64,000 nt of DNA from an uncultured delta proteobacterium (GCA_963715335.1 CAVQRZ010000001.1:256001-320000); one strand, 5' to 3'; positions 20,192 to 30,408 are shown, numbered from the stretch's first letter. Made by a program: numbers and translations. The notes: generated by a model not told the origin, from the letters alone.

Positions 20192-20753
20192 CGCAAAAAA
20201 CCTGGCCCGGGCGCGGCGCCAGGTTTTTCTCGCCATGTTCATCGCGCTGGCGGTGAGCCTGCACATCCTTGAGTCACTCCTGCCGTCTCCAGTCCCGTGG
20301 CTGCGCCTCGGGCTGGCAAACGTCATGACCTTGACAGCTCTCTATCTGTATGACGGCAGGGCGGCATGGACCGTCAGCCTGGCCCGGGTCGGAATCGGCG
20401 CCCTGCTGCTCGGCAGACTCTTCAGCCCGGGATTCTGGCTTGCACTGACCGGCGCAATCGTCGCTACATCTGTTATGATAATCGTGCACCGAACCTGCGG
20501 CCGGCATTTAAGTCCCGTAGGCGTTTCGGCGACCGGCGCAGCGGGACATGCTTTCGGGCAGATCCTGGCGGCACGGCTGCTGATCATACAACATGAGGCA
20601 ATCTGGCAGGTTGCCCCGCTGTTTTTGTTCTTCACGGTTTTCTCTGGGATTCTGACCGGCTGGCTGGCGACGGTTCTACTGCAAAGGCTCGGACAGCATC
20701 CGGCTTTTCAGGCGGCCGGCGTGACCTTTGATGAACAGCCCGGACAGGGTTGA
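20172..20753 (+). CDS. Gx transporter family protein (heptaprenyl diphosphate synthase component I-like; EetB-like)
   Basis: LESLLPSPVPWLRLGLAN, VGVSATGAAGHAFGQ; multi-TM. Confidence 0.87.
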   Translation: MTCSAVDAKNLARARRQVFLAMFIALAVSLHILESLLPSPVPWLRLGLANVMTLTALYLYDGRAAWTVSLARVGIGALLLGRLFSPGFWLALTGAIVATSVMIIVHRTCGRHLSPVGVSATGAAGHAFGQILAARLLIIQHEAIWQVAPLFLFFTVFSGILTGWLATVLLQRLGQHPAFQAAGVTFDEQPGQG

Positions 20754-20818
20754 CAGGCTGAGGGGTTGGCAAGGCCAGGGCATGGCCGGTCGGGACGCGC
20801 AATGGCAGCTTGCGGATT

Positions 20819-21691
20819 TCAGGGCCTCGCCCTGAGCTCACGTAAAGCGTCGACCGTTACCGTGTAGACCTCCTTGCAGTACTCGCAGGTCACCGAAGCC
20901 CCTCCTTCTGCCTCGCTCAAGCGGTCCAGCTCATCGGTGCCGAGGCTGCGCAGCAGGTTGAGGGTTTGCCGCTGGCTGCAGTTGCAGGCAAACTCAAGCT
21001 CGGTACGGCCAAGAACCCGATAAGGGAAGCCCTCGAGCAGCCGTGCTGCGATCGCTTCGGGGGAAAGCCCCTGGCGAAGCATGGTGGTCATAGGCGGCAT
21101 GTTTGCGAGACGTTCGGTGAGATGCTCGGCGACCGTGTCGTCAGCCTCCGGCATCAATTGCAGGAGGAACCCTCCGGCGGCAACAACTTCGGCCTGCTGG
21201 CCCAGTTCAACACCGAGTGCAACACTTGACGGAGTCTGCTCCGAGGTGGTGAAATAGTAAGCCAGGTCTTCGGCAATTTCGCTGCTGACCAGCTGCACCA
21301 TGCCACGGTAAGGCTCCTTCAGGTCCAGATCCTTGATGACCTGCAGGAACCCGGCATGGCCGATGGCTCCGGCGACGTCGAAGCGGCCGTCACGAGGCGG
21401 CAGACCGGCTTGCGCCACCCTGAGAGTCGCCCTGATGTGACCATGGGCATCGGTCTCGGCCTGAACCTTTTGCAGCGGGCCGTTGCCCTCGACTGTAAGG
21501 CCGACCCGCTGCCCGCCTTTGAGGAGACTGCCCATCAGGGCGGCCGCAGTCGCCAGCCGGCCAACGGCAACCGTGGCGGTTGGGTCGGTCTGCTGCCGGC
21601 GTCGCACCTCTTCGACCAGAGCGGTGGTTGCGGCGACACTGACACGTATGGCACCGTCAAGAGTCAGGATACGAAGCATGTGATCAGTCAT
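20819..21691 (-). CDS. hslO: Hsp33 redox-regulated chaperone
   Basis: SEIAEDLAYYFTTSEQTPS, GGFLLQLMP, CNCS...CEYC zinc centre. Confidence 0.95.
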   Translation of the reverse strand: MTDHMLRILTLDGAIRVSVAATTALVEEVRRRQQTDPTATVAVGRLATAAALMGSLLKGGQRVGLTVEGNGPLQKVQAETDAHGHIRATLRVAQAGLPPRDGRFDVAGAIGHAGFLQVIKDLDLKEPYRGMVQLVSSEIAEDLAYYFTTSEQTPSSVALGVELGQQAEVVAAGGFLLQLMPEADDTVAEHLTERLANMPPMTTMLRQGLSPEAIAARLLEGFPYRVLGRTELEFACNCSQRQTLNLLRSLGTDELDRLSEAEGGASVTCEYCKEVYTVTVDALRELRARP

Positions 21692-21787
21692 GAGCCATTC
21701 TCCTCGAAACGAACAGGATCCTAGCCGAAAGCACGACCCTGGTAAAGGATCATATCAAAGGCCGATGAAACCTGCAGAGAGAAAATC

Positions 21788-23383
21788 ATGTTAGACACCC
21801 TGCCATGGCTCACCTATCTGGCACCGCCCCTGCTCGGAGCGTTGATCGGTTATGTCACCAACTACATCGCTATCCGCATGCTGTTCCGGCCCTTGTCCCC
21901 CTGGCGCCTGTTCGGCCTGCGCCTGCCATTGACCCCCGGCATTATTCCCGCCAAGCGCGGGGAACTGGCACAACGCATGGGCGAAATGGTCGGTTCGCAC
22001 CTTCTGACCGCCGACGATGTCCGCAAGGCCCTGGAGAAACCGGCTTTCGATCGGGAGCTGAAAAACGCCGTCAACGACAAGCTCGGCGCATTTCTCGATC
22101 GTGACCTCGGCGCCCTTGACACCCTGGTGCCGGACAGCTACCAGCGGCGGTTTCAGGACCTGGTCTCAACCCTGCGCTCGAAGGCCCTCCGGGTGGTCAC
22201 CGGCTACCTCGCCAGCGACCAGTTTGAAGCGCAAGTGCGCCGCTTTATAATCGAGAAGGGCGATGCCCTGCTGGCACGCGACCTGGAAAGCTTTCTGACA
22301 CCTGCCCGTTACCAGGAGCTGAAGGGGCACCTCGACAATCGCCTGACCACGGTCCTGCATTCTGCCGAGACCGCCCAGACCGTGGAGAGATTCGTTGATC
22401 AACGCATCGAGCGGCTGCTGTTGAGTGACCAAACCCTGCGCGATATGCTGCCGACTGACCTGGTCGAAGTCCTCCTGCAGCAGGTTGAACGCGAAGTCCC
22501 CCCGCTCCTCGAGCGGTTCGGCGGGCTTCTCTACGACCCGGAGTTCCGCCAGCGCCTGGCCGAGAGGGCCAAACAGGGGATCGACACCTTTCTCGACTCC
22601 CTTGGCGGGCTGGCCGGCCTGCTGAGCAACTTTATCAACCTCGAACAGGTTTACAACAAGGTCCCCGGATTTCTCGACAAGGCCGGCGAAGAGATCTCCC
22701 GCTGGCTGCGTGAAGAGCAGACCCAACAACAGGTCGCGACCCTGCTGCGTGAACGCCTGGAGAGCCTGCTGGAGAAGCCGTTGAGCAGTTTCCTCGAAAA
22801 GGCCCCCTATGAAAAAATCGCCGGGGCCAGACGCTACCTGAGCGAACGTTCCGTCGCCGCGGTGCAGAGCCGGCGGACGACCGAGCTGCTGCTCGGCTTT
22901 GCCGAGCAGGGGCTGCAGCGGGTCAAAGACAGATCCTTCCGCAGCCTGCTCAACGAGAACCTGCCGGAGAACGGCATTGCGAAACTGCAGGCCGAACTCG
23001 GCGACCAGGTCCTGAAACTGGCCAGGTCCAGCCAGGCGGCAGAGGCGATCGACAAGGTTCTCAAGGACCAGATCGATGCGTTGGTGTACCGTCACCGGCT
23101 GGGCCGCCTGGCAGAGCGCCTGCCGGCCGATGTGCTTGAGGAGCTTGAAGAAAGCCTGTACCATCAGATCGGCGAGGTCCTGCAGAAGGAAGTCCCGCCG
23201 CTGATCGAAACCCTCAACATCGCCCGGATGGTTGAAGACAAGGTCAACCAGCTTGATATACTGCAGGTTGAGGGGCTTCTGATGGGGGTCATGAAGGAAC
23301 AGTTCAAATACATCAACCTGTTCGGCGCCATCCTCGGTTTCCTGATCGGCCTGCTCAACCTCGCCGTCTGGTGGTTGGCCTGA
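21788..23383 (+). CDS. DUF445 family membrane protein
   Basis: GALIGYVTNYIAIRMLFRP...TPGIIP N-terminus and INLFGAILGFLIG C-terminus. Confidence 0.88.
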   Translation: MLDTLPWLTYLAPPLLGALIGYVTNYIAIRMLFRPLSPWRLFGLRLPLTPGIIPAKRGELAQRMGEMVGSHLLTADDVRKALEKPAFDRELKNAVNDKLGAFLDRDLGALDTLVPDSYQRRFQDLVSTLRSKALRVVTGYLASDQFEAQVRRFIIEKGDALLARDLESFLTPARYQELKGHLDNRLTTVLHSAETAQTVERFVDQRIERLLLSDQTLRDMLPTDLVEVLLQQVEREVPPLLERFGGLLYDPEFRQRLAERAKQGIDTFLDSLGGLAGLLSNFINLEQVYNKVPGFLDKAGEEISRWLREEQTQQQVATLLRERLESLLEKPLSSFLEKAPYEKIAGARRYLSERSVAAVQSRRTTELLLGFAEQGLQRVKDRSFRSLLNENLPENGIAKLQAELGDQVLKLARSSQAAEAIDKVLKDQIDALVYRHRLGRLAERLPADVLEELEESLYHQIGEVLQKEVPPLIETLNIARMVEDKVNQLDILQVEGLLMGVMKEQFKYINLFGAILGFLIGLLNLAVWWLA

Positions 23384-23400
23384 ACCATGGAGTCCATGCA

Positions 23401-24903
23401 ATGAATTCACGTTTTCATTTCGATTGGGGACATATCAGGCGGGCCTGGGGCGACATCCTCGGCTCGGACAGGAACAACCTGCCCAGGGTGAATGCCGACC
23501 TGCCGCCTACCGATGCAGACAAGGTCAAACTCCTGATGGAAGACTGCCTGACCGGTCGCGGCGGCGAAGTCTCTGCCCGCCAGCGGGCCGCGGTCCTCGG
23601 CGAACGCTACCTGACCTTGAGCGAGACAGGACGCAGAAACTTCCTCGAAACCCTGGTAGACAATTTTTACATCGACCGGGAACAGATCAAGGCTACGGCT
23701 AAAGACCTATTGGCAATGGTCGATGACAAGAGTTTCCGCCAGGCCGCCAACCGGATGAGCGAAGTACTGGTTTCCCCTCAACAGCGACTGCTCCGCCAGT
23801 TCAACGCCCTCCCCCAGGGCGTCAAATTTCTGGTCGATCTGCGTGCCGACCTGTTGTCCTTCCGCACGACGCAGTCGAAATTTGCCAACCTGGACCGCGA
23901 CCTCAAAGACCTGCTGATCTCCTGGTTCGATATCGGTTTTCTCGCCATCGAACGCATCACCTGGCAAAGCCCCGCGGCGCTGCTGGAGAAACTCATGGCC
24001 TACGAGGCCGTGCATGCAATCAGCTCCTGGAACGACCTGCATAACCGTCTTGAATCGGATCGGCGCTGTTACGCTTTTTTTCATCCCGGCATGTCCGATG
24101 AACCGTTGATTTTCATTGAGGTCGCACTGGTCGAGGGGCTGGCAACCAGCATTCAGAAACTGCTTGATGAAAGCGCCCCGGATATTGACCCGCTGGAAGC
24201 CGACACGGCGATCTTTTATTCGATCTCCAACACTCAGAAGGGACTGCAGGGGATCAGCTTTGGTCCGTTCCTGATCAAGCAGGTGGTAAACAGCCTGCGC
24301 CAGGAATTGCCGAATCTCAAGACTTTTTCCACCCTGTCGCCCCTGCCGGGGTTCCGGCGCTGGCTGACAACCTATGTCGAAGCCGCCTCGACGAGCGAGG
24401 AGCAGGACCCGATCCTGGACTCCATAGACGCAGCGGCCCGCCTGCTCGGGGTTGCCGCAGAGCCGAATGCGTTGTTCAATGTCCCGAACTGGTGGCAGAA
24501 CCAACAGGTCGCCGAAGCCTTGAGGGATCCGCTGCTTTCGTTGTGCGCCCGTTACCTGCACGAACCTCGCGAAAAGGACCATGCCCCTCTCGACCCGGTC
24601 GCCCGATTCCATCTCGGCAACGGCGCCCGCATTGAACGCATCAACTGGCTCGGCGATACCTCCGACAAAGGGATGCTGGAATCGTGTGGCCTGATGGTCA
24701 ACTATCTCTACCATCTCAAGGAGATGGAACAGAATATCGAGGCCTATGCGACCGGCGGGGAAATTGCTGCCGCAAAGCGGGTGCGCAACCTGTTGCGTGA
24801 CGATGAAGAGGAGAAGGGCCAGTTAACCAGGCTGCGCCGGCTGATTTCACTCCGGCGCGGCAACGGGTCGAACCCTTCGCGACCAACATCAAACCCCAGC
24901 TGA
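23401..24903 (+). CDS. Malonyl-CoA decarboxylase
   Basis: YEAVH, EPLIFIEVAL, FYSISNTQKGLQGISFG, TLSPLPGF, DPVARFHLGNGA, GLMVNYLY. Confidence 0.94.
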   Translation: MNSRFHFDWGHIRRAWGDILGSDRNNLPRVNADLPPTDADKVKLLMEDCLTGRGGEVSARQRAAVLGERYLTLSETGRRNFLETLVDNFYIDREQIKATAKDLLAMVDDKSFRQAANRMSEVLVSPQQRLLRQFNALPQGVKFLVDLRADLLSFRTTQSKFANLDRDLKDLLISWFDIGFLAIERITWQSPAALLEKLMAYEAVHAISSWNDLHNRLESDRRCYAFFHPGMSDEPLIFIEVALVEGLATSIQKLLDESAPDIDPLEADTAIFYSISNTQKGLQGISFGPFLIKQVVNSLRQELPNLKTFSTLSPLPGFRRWLTTYVEAASTSEEQDPILDSIDAAARLLGVAAEPNALFNVPNWWQNQQVAEALRDPLLSLCARYLHEPREKDHAPLDPVARFHLGNGARIERINWLGDTSDKGMLESCGLMVNYLYHLKEMEQNIEAYATGGEIAAAKRVRNLLRDDEEEKGQLTRLRRLISLRRGNGSNPSRPTSNPS

Positions 24904-24918
24904 CCAGAGGGCAGGACA

Positions 24919-25806
24919 ATGAATTTGAAACCGGAAGTCGTTGAGCAACTCGAGCGCGTCCTTTCTGCAGTGGAGCAGCTGCTGCCGCAAGCCGTTGAAC
25001 CGATAGACTGGGCCAGGACAACTGCAGCCAACTGGCGCCGCCACTCCTTTGCCGGCTACCTGGAACCGATTGAAAACATCGAGAACACCAGCCTGGCGGA
25101 ACTGGTCGGCATCGAACAGCAGAAGCAGATCCTCGAGCGCAACACCTGCCAGTTTCTGCGCAACTTCCCGGCCAACAACGCGCTGCTCTGGGGGTCACGC
25201 GGGACCGGCAAATCCTCTCTGGTGCGCGCGCTGCTGAACAAGTACGCCGGTGAGGGTCTGCGCATCATCCAGATCGACAAACATGACCTGGATTTCCTGC
25301 CAGACATTTTTGCCCAGATCGGCAAGCAACCTTATCGCTACATCCTTCTCTGTGACGACCTCTCCTTTGAACCGGACGATCCGGGTTACAAAATTCTGAA
25401 AAGCGTCCTCGATGGCTCGGTCTATGCCTCGCCGAGAAATGTCCTGATTTACGTGACCTCCAACCGGCGGCATCTTCTCCCGGAGTTTCACACCGACAAC
25501 CTGGGCGCCAAGATGATCCACAACGAAATCCACCATGGTGAAGCGGTCGAAGAGAAGATCTCCCTGTCCGACCGATTCGGCCTCTGGTTGTCGTTTTACG
25601 TGTTCAAACAGAGCCTTTACCTGGAGATCGTCGAAAAGACCATCGCCAAGCTCTGCGTCGAGCACGGCATCGAGCCGCAGTGGGACGACGAGCTGGCCCG
25701 AGCAGCGATCAAGTGGTCGCACGACAAGAGCAAGCGCTGTGGACGTACCGCGATGCAATTCGCCAGGCACTGGCTGGGCCAATACATGTTGGATCTGGAA
25801 GGCTAG
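24919..25806 (+). CDS. DUF815 family AAA+ ATPase
   Basis: ANNALLWGSRGTGKSS, CDDLSFE, TSNRRHLLPE, EEKISLSDRFGL. Confidence 0.92.
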   Translation: MNLKPEVVEQLERVLSAVEQLLPQAVEPIDWARTTAANWRRHSFAGYLEPIENIENTSLAELVGIEQQKQILERNTCQFLRNFPANNALLWGSRGTGKSSLVRALLNKYAGEGLRIIQIDKHDLDFLPDIFAQIGKQPYRYILLCDDLSFEPDDPGYKILKSVLDGSVYASPRNVLIYVTSNRRHLLPEFHTDNLGAKMIHNEIHHGEAVEEKISLSDRFGLWLSFYVFKQSLYLEIVEKTIAKLCVEHGIEPQWDDELARAAIKWSHDKSKRCGRTAMQFARHWLGQYMLDLEG

Positions 25807-26163
25807 ACTAAAACCTGGTGAGATCCAGAAGTATGGCGTTTAAATGTCCTTAGGTAATTTGAGAGAATAAATTGCAGTAATACTTGTAAGAAAGCCCCAC
25901 CTTGGGATTCAAGGAGGGGCTCCAATTTCCTGTTTATCGTGACTTATGAGAAATAATAGATACGACCCCTAGAGCCAACCCCTAGGGGTCGCTTCAGCAG
26001 GGCTTGTTTTTAAAAACACAAGCCATTTCAACAATAACTGCTTCAAGCTCTTTTTCAAGGGTTAAATTGACAGCAAATTAAGAAAAGTCCCCGATCTATG
26101 AATCGAGGATTTTCGTGGTTTATAAATGGTAAATTTTCAATAAATATCTCCTGCGTAAACGGT

Positions 26164-26180
26164 CGTCGGTTTTCTTTACA
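26164..26180 (+). promoter_or_regulatory. Putative enhancer (bEBP, PrsR-type) site upstream of sigma54 promoter
   Basis: CGTCGG-N5-TTTACA imperfect dyad 60 nt upstream of the -24/-12 element. Confidence 0.4.
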
Positions 26181-26240
26181 CAAACAATCATGCCTTCTAG
26201 ATGTAAATAAAAGCCCCTTTAGTTTCAGAGGTTTAGAAAG

Positions 26241-26256
26241 TGGCATTACTCTTGCT
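26241..26256 (+). promoter_or_regulatory. Sigma54 -24/-12 promoter
   Basis: TGGCATTACTCTTGCT fits GG-N10-GC, upstream of the PEP-CTERM gene. Confidence 0.75.
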
Positions 26257-26330
26257 ATGATAAATTAACCTATCGCTCCTTAACTTATTGTACGATTTAT
26301 GTAACGCTCTTCACCGAGAGGATAATTCAC

Positions 26331-26966
26331 ATGAGATACCAAGTGCTAACGGTTGTAACAGTAATCTCTTTAATGTTTTCTACTTCTGCTGGTGCAACAT
26401 TCCTCCCGTACAATATTGGTACGATCGACTCGTACATGAGCAACTATTTCGGTACTCTTGGCACTGATTATCATGAGGTTAACTCTGATTTAGACTTTGA
26501 TGGACTGTGGCAGTACTCCGCTATTGCTCATGAATCAGGTAACTGGAACATCACTGAGGACTCATCTGGGACAACTTTCACAACACAAGATTACTCAAAC
26601 TGGGGGAGTTGGGAATCAGTTAATTTTGATACCGACAATATTTACTTTGAGGATAGTGATGGGCCTGTAAACATCGCTCTCGATCCGTTTACTTTTACGG
26701 ATCCTGCACAATATTTCAGGATTTTTCAACTGGATACATCGACAACTCTGAATTACTTTGGTTCGTTCTCTTTGGATTTGGATATAGGAACCTATATTTT
26801 TGGATTTAATGATAATGGTTATCGGCCTATTGGTGATTCTGATTTTGACGATATGATTGTCGCCGCCGCTCCTGTTGCGCCAGTTCCCGAACCTGCTACT
26901 CTTCTCCTCCTCGGCAGTGGCCTTGCCGGCCTCTCTTTATATAATAGGAAGCGTAAACAGGTTTAA
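26331..26966 (+). CDS. PEP-CTERM sorting domain surface protein
   Basis: Signal peptide; C-terminal VPEPATLLLLGSGLAGLSLYNRKRK; acidic GDSDFDDMIV motif (DUF4114-like). Confidence 0.93.
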   Translation: MRYQVLTVVTVISLMFSTSAGATFLPYNIGTIDSYMSNYFGTLGTDYHEVNSDLDFDGLWQYSAIAHESGNWNITEDSSGTTFTTQDYSNWGSWESVNFDTDNIYFEDSDGPVNIALDPFTFTDPAQYFRIFQLDTSTTLNYFGSFSLDLDIGTYIFGFNDNGYRPIGDSDFDDMIVAAAPVAPVPEPATLLLLGSGLAGLSLYNRKRKQV

Positions 26967-26988
26967 GATTTAAGAGTGCTAGAATTGG

Positions 26989-27020
26989 AAGCGGAGCCAG
27001 AAATTGGCTCCGCTTTTTTT
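26989..27020 (+). terminator. Intrinsic terminator
   Basis: AAGCGGAGCCA-GAAAT-TGGCTCCGCTT followed by T run. Confidence 0.85.
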
Positions 27021-27304
27021 GTTTTAAATATTGTAAATCTTGAGGGCGTCGTGATGTTGGTGCCAGCGCTTTACCAGTATGCCGCCATGACCAGGTGTAG
27101 GATTTCCTGAAACCGCCCATGGGAATGCTGGCAGTGAGTCTCAGGGTTTGTAATATAAGATATCGGAAAATGTCTTGGATTTTTTACTGCATTGTTTTCA
27201 TGGCTAAAAATCTAACAGAATCAAAATTTACTGATTACCCTGCAATCCAGTAACGCCATCCGCCTCCCAGTAGCTATATTCCTATGAAACGGAGTAGTTA
27301 ATGG

Positions 27305-27559
27305 TTATAGGCAGGAGACAATATTTGCCGTCTCCGATTTTAGATCAAAGACAACTTTAACTTGCTTGTTTTTAAGTTGCTTGAGGACCTGTTCAATCTT
27401 ATCTTCCAAAGCACCACCGGGGTCACCCCAATCTGAACCATCTCTGGTCACAAACTCCTGAATCATATTCCGCAACGTTTCAGGATCAATCTGATCGTAA
27501 GGGACATTGACCCCTTTTTCGTGATGGGCGATTGTTTTTTCCTGAGGTTTGGATTTCAT
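27305..27559 (-). CDS. YheU (UPF0270) family protein
   Basis: VPYDQIDPETLRNMIQEFVTRDGSDWG...LEDKIEQV. Confidence 0.88.
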   Translation of the reverse strand: MKSKPQEKTIAHHEKGVNVPYDQIDPETLRNMIQEFVTRDGSDWGDPGGALEDKIEQVLKQLKNKQVKVVFDLKSETANIVSCL

Positions 27560-27726
27560 TGCGAGAGCTTAACATCCTGTACCCCTGCAATGTAAGAAAA
27601 AGACCACCAAGGATCGTTCCCTGGTGGCCATAATTTTGTCTTCCTGAATGTCTATCAATAATAAGCCGGTTTTCGTCTCAGTAATCGTGATAAATAAAAC
27701 AGTTCTCAAATGCAGTTTGAACGCTT

Positions 27727-29136
27727 TCAATCTTGTGAGATACGGTCCTTGCCCAGTGACTTAGCCTTGTACATTGCCTTGTCAGCAAGTTGCACAAGCT
27801 TATCGCAAGATTGGATGCTGTTCTCTGTGAAGGTTGAGGTGCCTGAACTGATTGTAACCTGTTCGCCATTGAGGCCTTCAAACTTGTGTTCCCGAATTAG
27901 CGAGCTTATTCGGCCTGCCGCCTGCAGGGCTCCTTCTGAGGTAGTGTTTGGTAGGATAACCGCAAATTCTTCTCCGCCATATCGTGCTGGTATATCACTT
28001 TGCCTGGCTATGCTGTTCGTGAGTTGACCAATTGTACCGAGGACCATATCGCCTTGGGTATGACCGTAATTGTCGTTAATCCGTTTAAAGTTATCGATGT
28101 CAAAAAAGACCAGGGAAAGAGCCGTGTGATAGCGGCTCGCTCTGCTGAACTCTTTTTCCAGACAGCTGTAAAAATGCTGATGGTTGTAGAGTTTTGTTAA
28201 TCCGTCCCGAATGGACATTTCCTCAAAATATTCTTGTGCGGTTTGTGTCCTCTCGAACAGGATCGCCGTTTCCAAGGCGTTTGCGGAAAGGTTCGCAACC
28301 AATTGACACAGCTTGTGGATTCTTTTGGTGACACCATCGGACAGAGGGGTCGCCATCCGCAGGAGAAAAGTCCCTATGACGCTCTCCTTTTTAATGACCG
28401 GAATGACAACGATTGAATTGAAATTAAGACCTTTAATCTGTGTCCTTACGGAGTCCATGAGAGGGTCATTTTTTATGTCATTAATTATAACGGGCTGTTT
28501 TGAATCAAGGGCCTTGTCGATTTCCGGATAATTACATAACTCCAACTTTATATCTTCATGGATCTCGAGGTCGCTACTGGCTTTGACATAAGGGATACCT
28601 TCGTTGTTGATGCTGACAATGGAGCAGCGCGCATTGCCAATCATATCCGCCATCTTGTCAACGATCAGATGAAGGATGGTCATCGGGTTGCGGATCGCAG
28701 AAATGTTTTCTGCCAGCTCAAGGAGCAATATCAAATCTCTTTGCTCTAAATCAGAATAGTAGTCTTTGGGTCTGAGGTGAGCGCCTACCCGAGCAAGGAT
28801 TTCTGGGAGACACATCGGTTTTGCAATGTAATCGTCAGCGCCGACCTTTAGCCCACGAGCAATGTCTTCCTTTTTTGACAGCGAGGTGAACAAGATGACA
28901 GGGATTTTTCTAGTCTCAGCGTTCTCCTTGAGAGCACGACAGGCATCAATCCCGTCTTTTACGGGCATTTCAACATCCATGATAATCAGGTTGGGTTTCA
29001 GTGCCCTGGCATGAGAGATGGCGTCCTCACCATTTTCCCCTTCTATGATGTCGTATTGGTCTTCAAGGGCATTTTTCAGCACACTTCTGAAAAAGAGCTC
29101 ATCATCAACAACAAGGATTTTTGATTTTGTCTGCAC
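27727..29136 (-). CDS. Response-regulated diguanylate cyclase (REC-GAF-GGDEF)
   Basis: REC (VVDD, IMDVEMP), central GAF-like region, DIDNFKRINDNYGHTQGD, I-site RQSD, GGEEF. Confidence 0.93.
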   Translation of the reverse strand: MQTKSKILVVDDELFFRSVLKNALEDQYDIIEGENGEDAISHARALKPNLIIMDVEMPVKDGIDACRALKENAETRKIPVILFTSLSKKEDIARGLKVGADDYIAKPMCLPEILARVGAHLRPKDYYSDLEQRDLILLLELAENISAIRNPMTILHLIVDKMADMIGNARCSIVSINNEGIPYVKASSDLEIHEDIKLELCNYPEIDKALDSKQPVIINDIKNDPLMDSVRTQIKGLNFNSIVVIPVIKKESVIGTFLLRMATPLSDGVTKRIHKLCQLVANLSANALETAILFERTQTAQEYFEEMSIRDGLTKLYNHQHFYSCLEKEFSRASRYHTALSLVFFDIDNFKRINDNYGHTQGDMVLGTIGQLTNSIARQSDIPARYGGEEFAVILPNTTSEGALQAAGRISSLIREHKFEGLNGEQVTISSGTSTFTENSIQSCDKLVQLADKAMYKAKSLGKDRISQD

Positions 29137-29280
29137 TGATATCCCCTAATATGTCCAAAGCCTTACATTAAAGATGACTTGTGAGATTACTCATTTACTG
29201 GAGAGTCTGCAATCAAAGAAAGCCCTCAACCCACAGATTGGGGCCTTTATGATTTCTGTATGGCGATGAACCTATAAATT

Positions 29281-29628
29281 TTATGTCGTCAAATCAACAA
29301 TCTCTGCCTCTAGTAGATGTTCCTTCATATATTGGATTCCGGCTTCCATAGACAGGCTGTGTGTATATATTGAGCTTTGACCAATTGAAGAATTATTCTG
29401 AGCTTTGAAGGTAAACCAAGATTGATCTGGTGAGGTTCCTTTGCGAAGATAACATCCGTCTTCCGTGGAGGTTCTTTTTATTTTTTCGGCTGTTGCAACG
29501 GCCTCTACAATGTCCTCGAAAAATATGCTTATGAAAATTCCATTGTATGGCAACTTGAAGACAAAGTAGTACTCATTGCCACCGGCTTTTCGTATCTCTA
29601 TTTGTGGGCATCCTTCTATCTTTTTCAT
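29281..29628 (-). CDS. YegP/DUF1508-like protein
   Basis: Two repeats: YYFVFK... and WFTFKAQNNSSIGQSSIY...MEAGIQYMK. Confidence 0.7.
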   Translation of the reverse strand: MKKIEGCPQIEIRKAGGNEYYFVFKLPYNGIFISIFFEDIVEAVATAEKIKRTSTEDGCYLRKGTSPDQSWFTFKAQNNSSIGQSSIYTHSLSMEAGIQYMKEHLLEAEIVDLTT

Positions 29629-29774
29629 GCAACGCTCTTGTTTTGCTTTATTGTTTTGTGAGTCATCAAGGCAAGCTTAGCAAAAAAAGCTCATAAATCT
29701 CTCACCGACGATGAAACAAAAAAGCCCCACATACAGAAAAGGAGGCTGTGGGGAAGTGGATTGTCTTATCTCTA

Positions 29775-30155
29775 TCAACAAGATGCTGATTTCTCTTTTA
29801 AGTCGTGTAAAGTGAGATACACTTCTTCGCCTTTCAAAAACTTTAGAATATAGACCCCCATTCCTGATTTCATTATATGGTTAAGGCGCAGGGCTCCCTT
29901 TTTAGACCATTGCACCCGACCTGCTATCAGAATTATTTCTCCGTCGCGTGTTGTCAGCTCGCAATTCAGTTCGACACCAGTTTTGTAGACTATTCGTGAT
30001 TCCACGAAGAAGCCTTGAGACGAGACGTCGCTCAAATAACCGATGTGTTCTAGCTTGTCGTGTCCGAACTTTATTGCGATGCGTTTTTTATTGCGTTGTT
30101 CAAGTCTTGAGTCTGGCAAGTTTCGATTCCAATCTGTGTATAAATTCTGTCTCAA
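29775..30155 (-). CDS. Single-domain PilZ protein
   Basis: RNKKR (RxxxR) and DVSSQG (DxSxxG) motifs; GRVQW; GMGV. Confidence 0.85.
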   Translation of the reverse strand: MRQNLYTDWNRNLPDSRLEQRNKKRIAIKFGHDKLEHIGYLSDVSSQGFFVESRIVYKTGVELNCELTTRDGEIILIAGRVQWSKKGALRLNHIMKSGMGVYILKFLKGEEVYLTLHDLKEKSASC

Positions 30156-30213
30156 TAACCTAATTTATAGAGACGCCACTTATATGGCCTTGGCGCACTC
30201 GACGTTAGACATT

Positions 30214-30408
30214 TCACTCTGAATCCGGCTCGTTTGTCCAATTAAACTGGCGTAGGTTACGCCACAAAAAAGCGACAAACACACACGACAACATAACCAA
30301 CGTGCCGACGATTAATAAAACCGACCACGACGAGAAGTGATAAATCAAGGCAACGACAACACCCATACTGGCCATTAAAATTGCAAATGTCTGCATTGTC
30401 TCCCACAT
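30214..30408 (-). CDS. Small two-TM hypothetical membrane protein
   Basis: 64 aa with two hydrophobic helices; directly downstream of a sigma54 motif. Confidence 0.55.
   Translation of the reverse strand: MWETMQTFAILMASMGVVVALIYHFSSWSVLLIVGTLVMLSCVFVAFLWRNLRQFNWTNEPDSE

Noticed and set aside
27030..27150. Possible integrase or transposase remnant in island spacer
   Set aside because: No recognisable motif in the frames examined
27727..29136. Hypr GGDEF cGAMP synthase (GacA-like)
   Set aside because: Retains Asp in GHTQGD, as in canonical diguanylate cyclases
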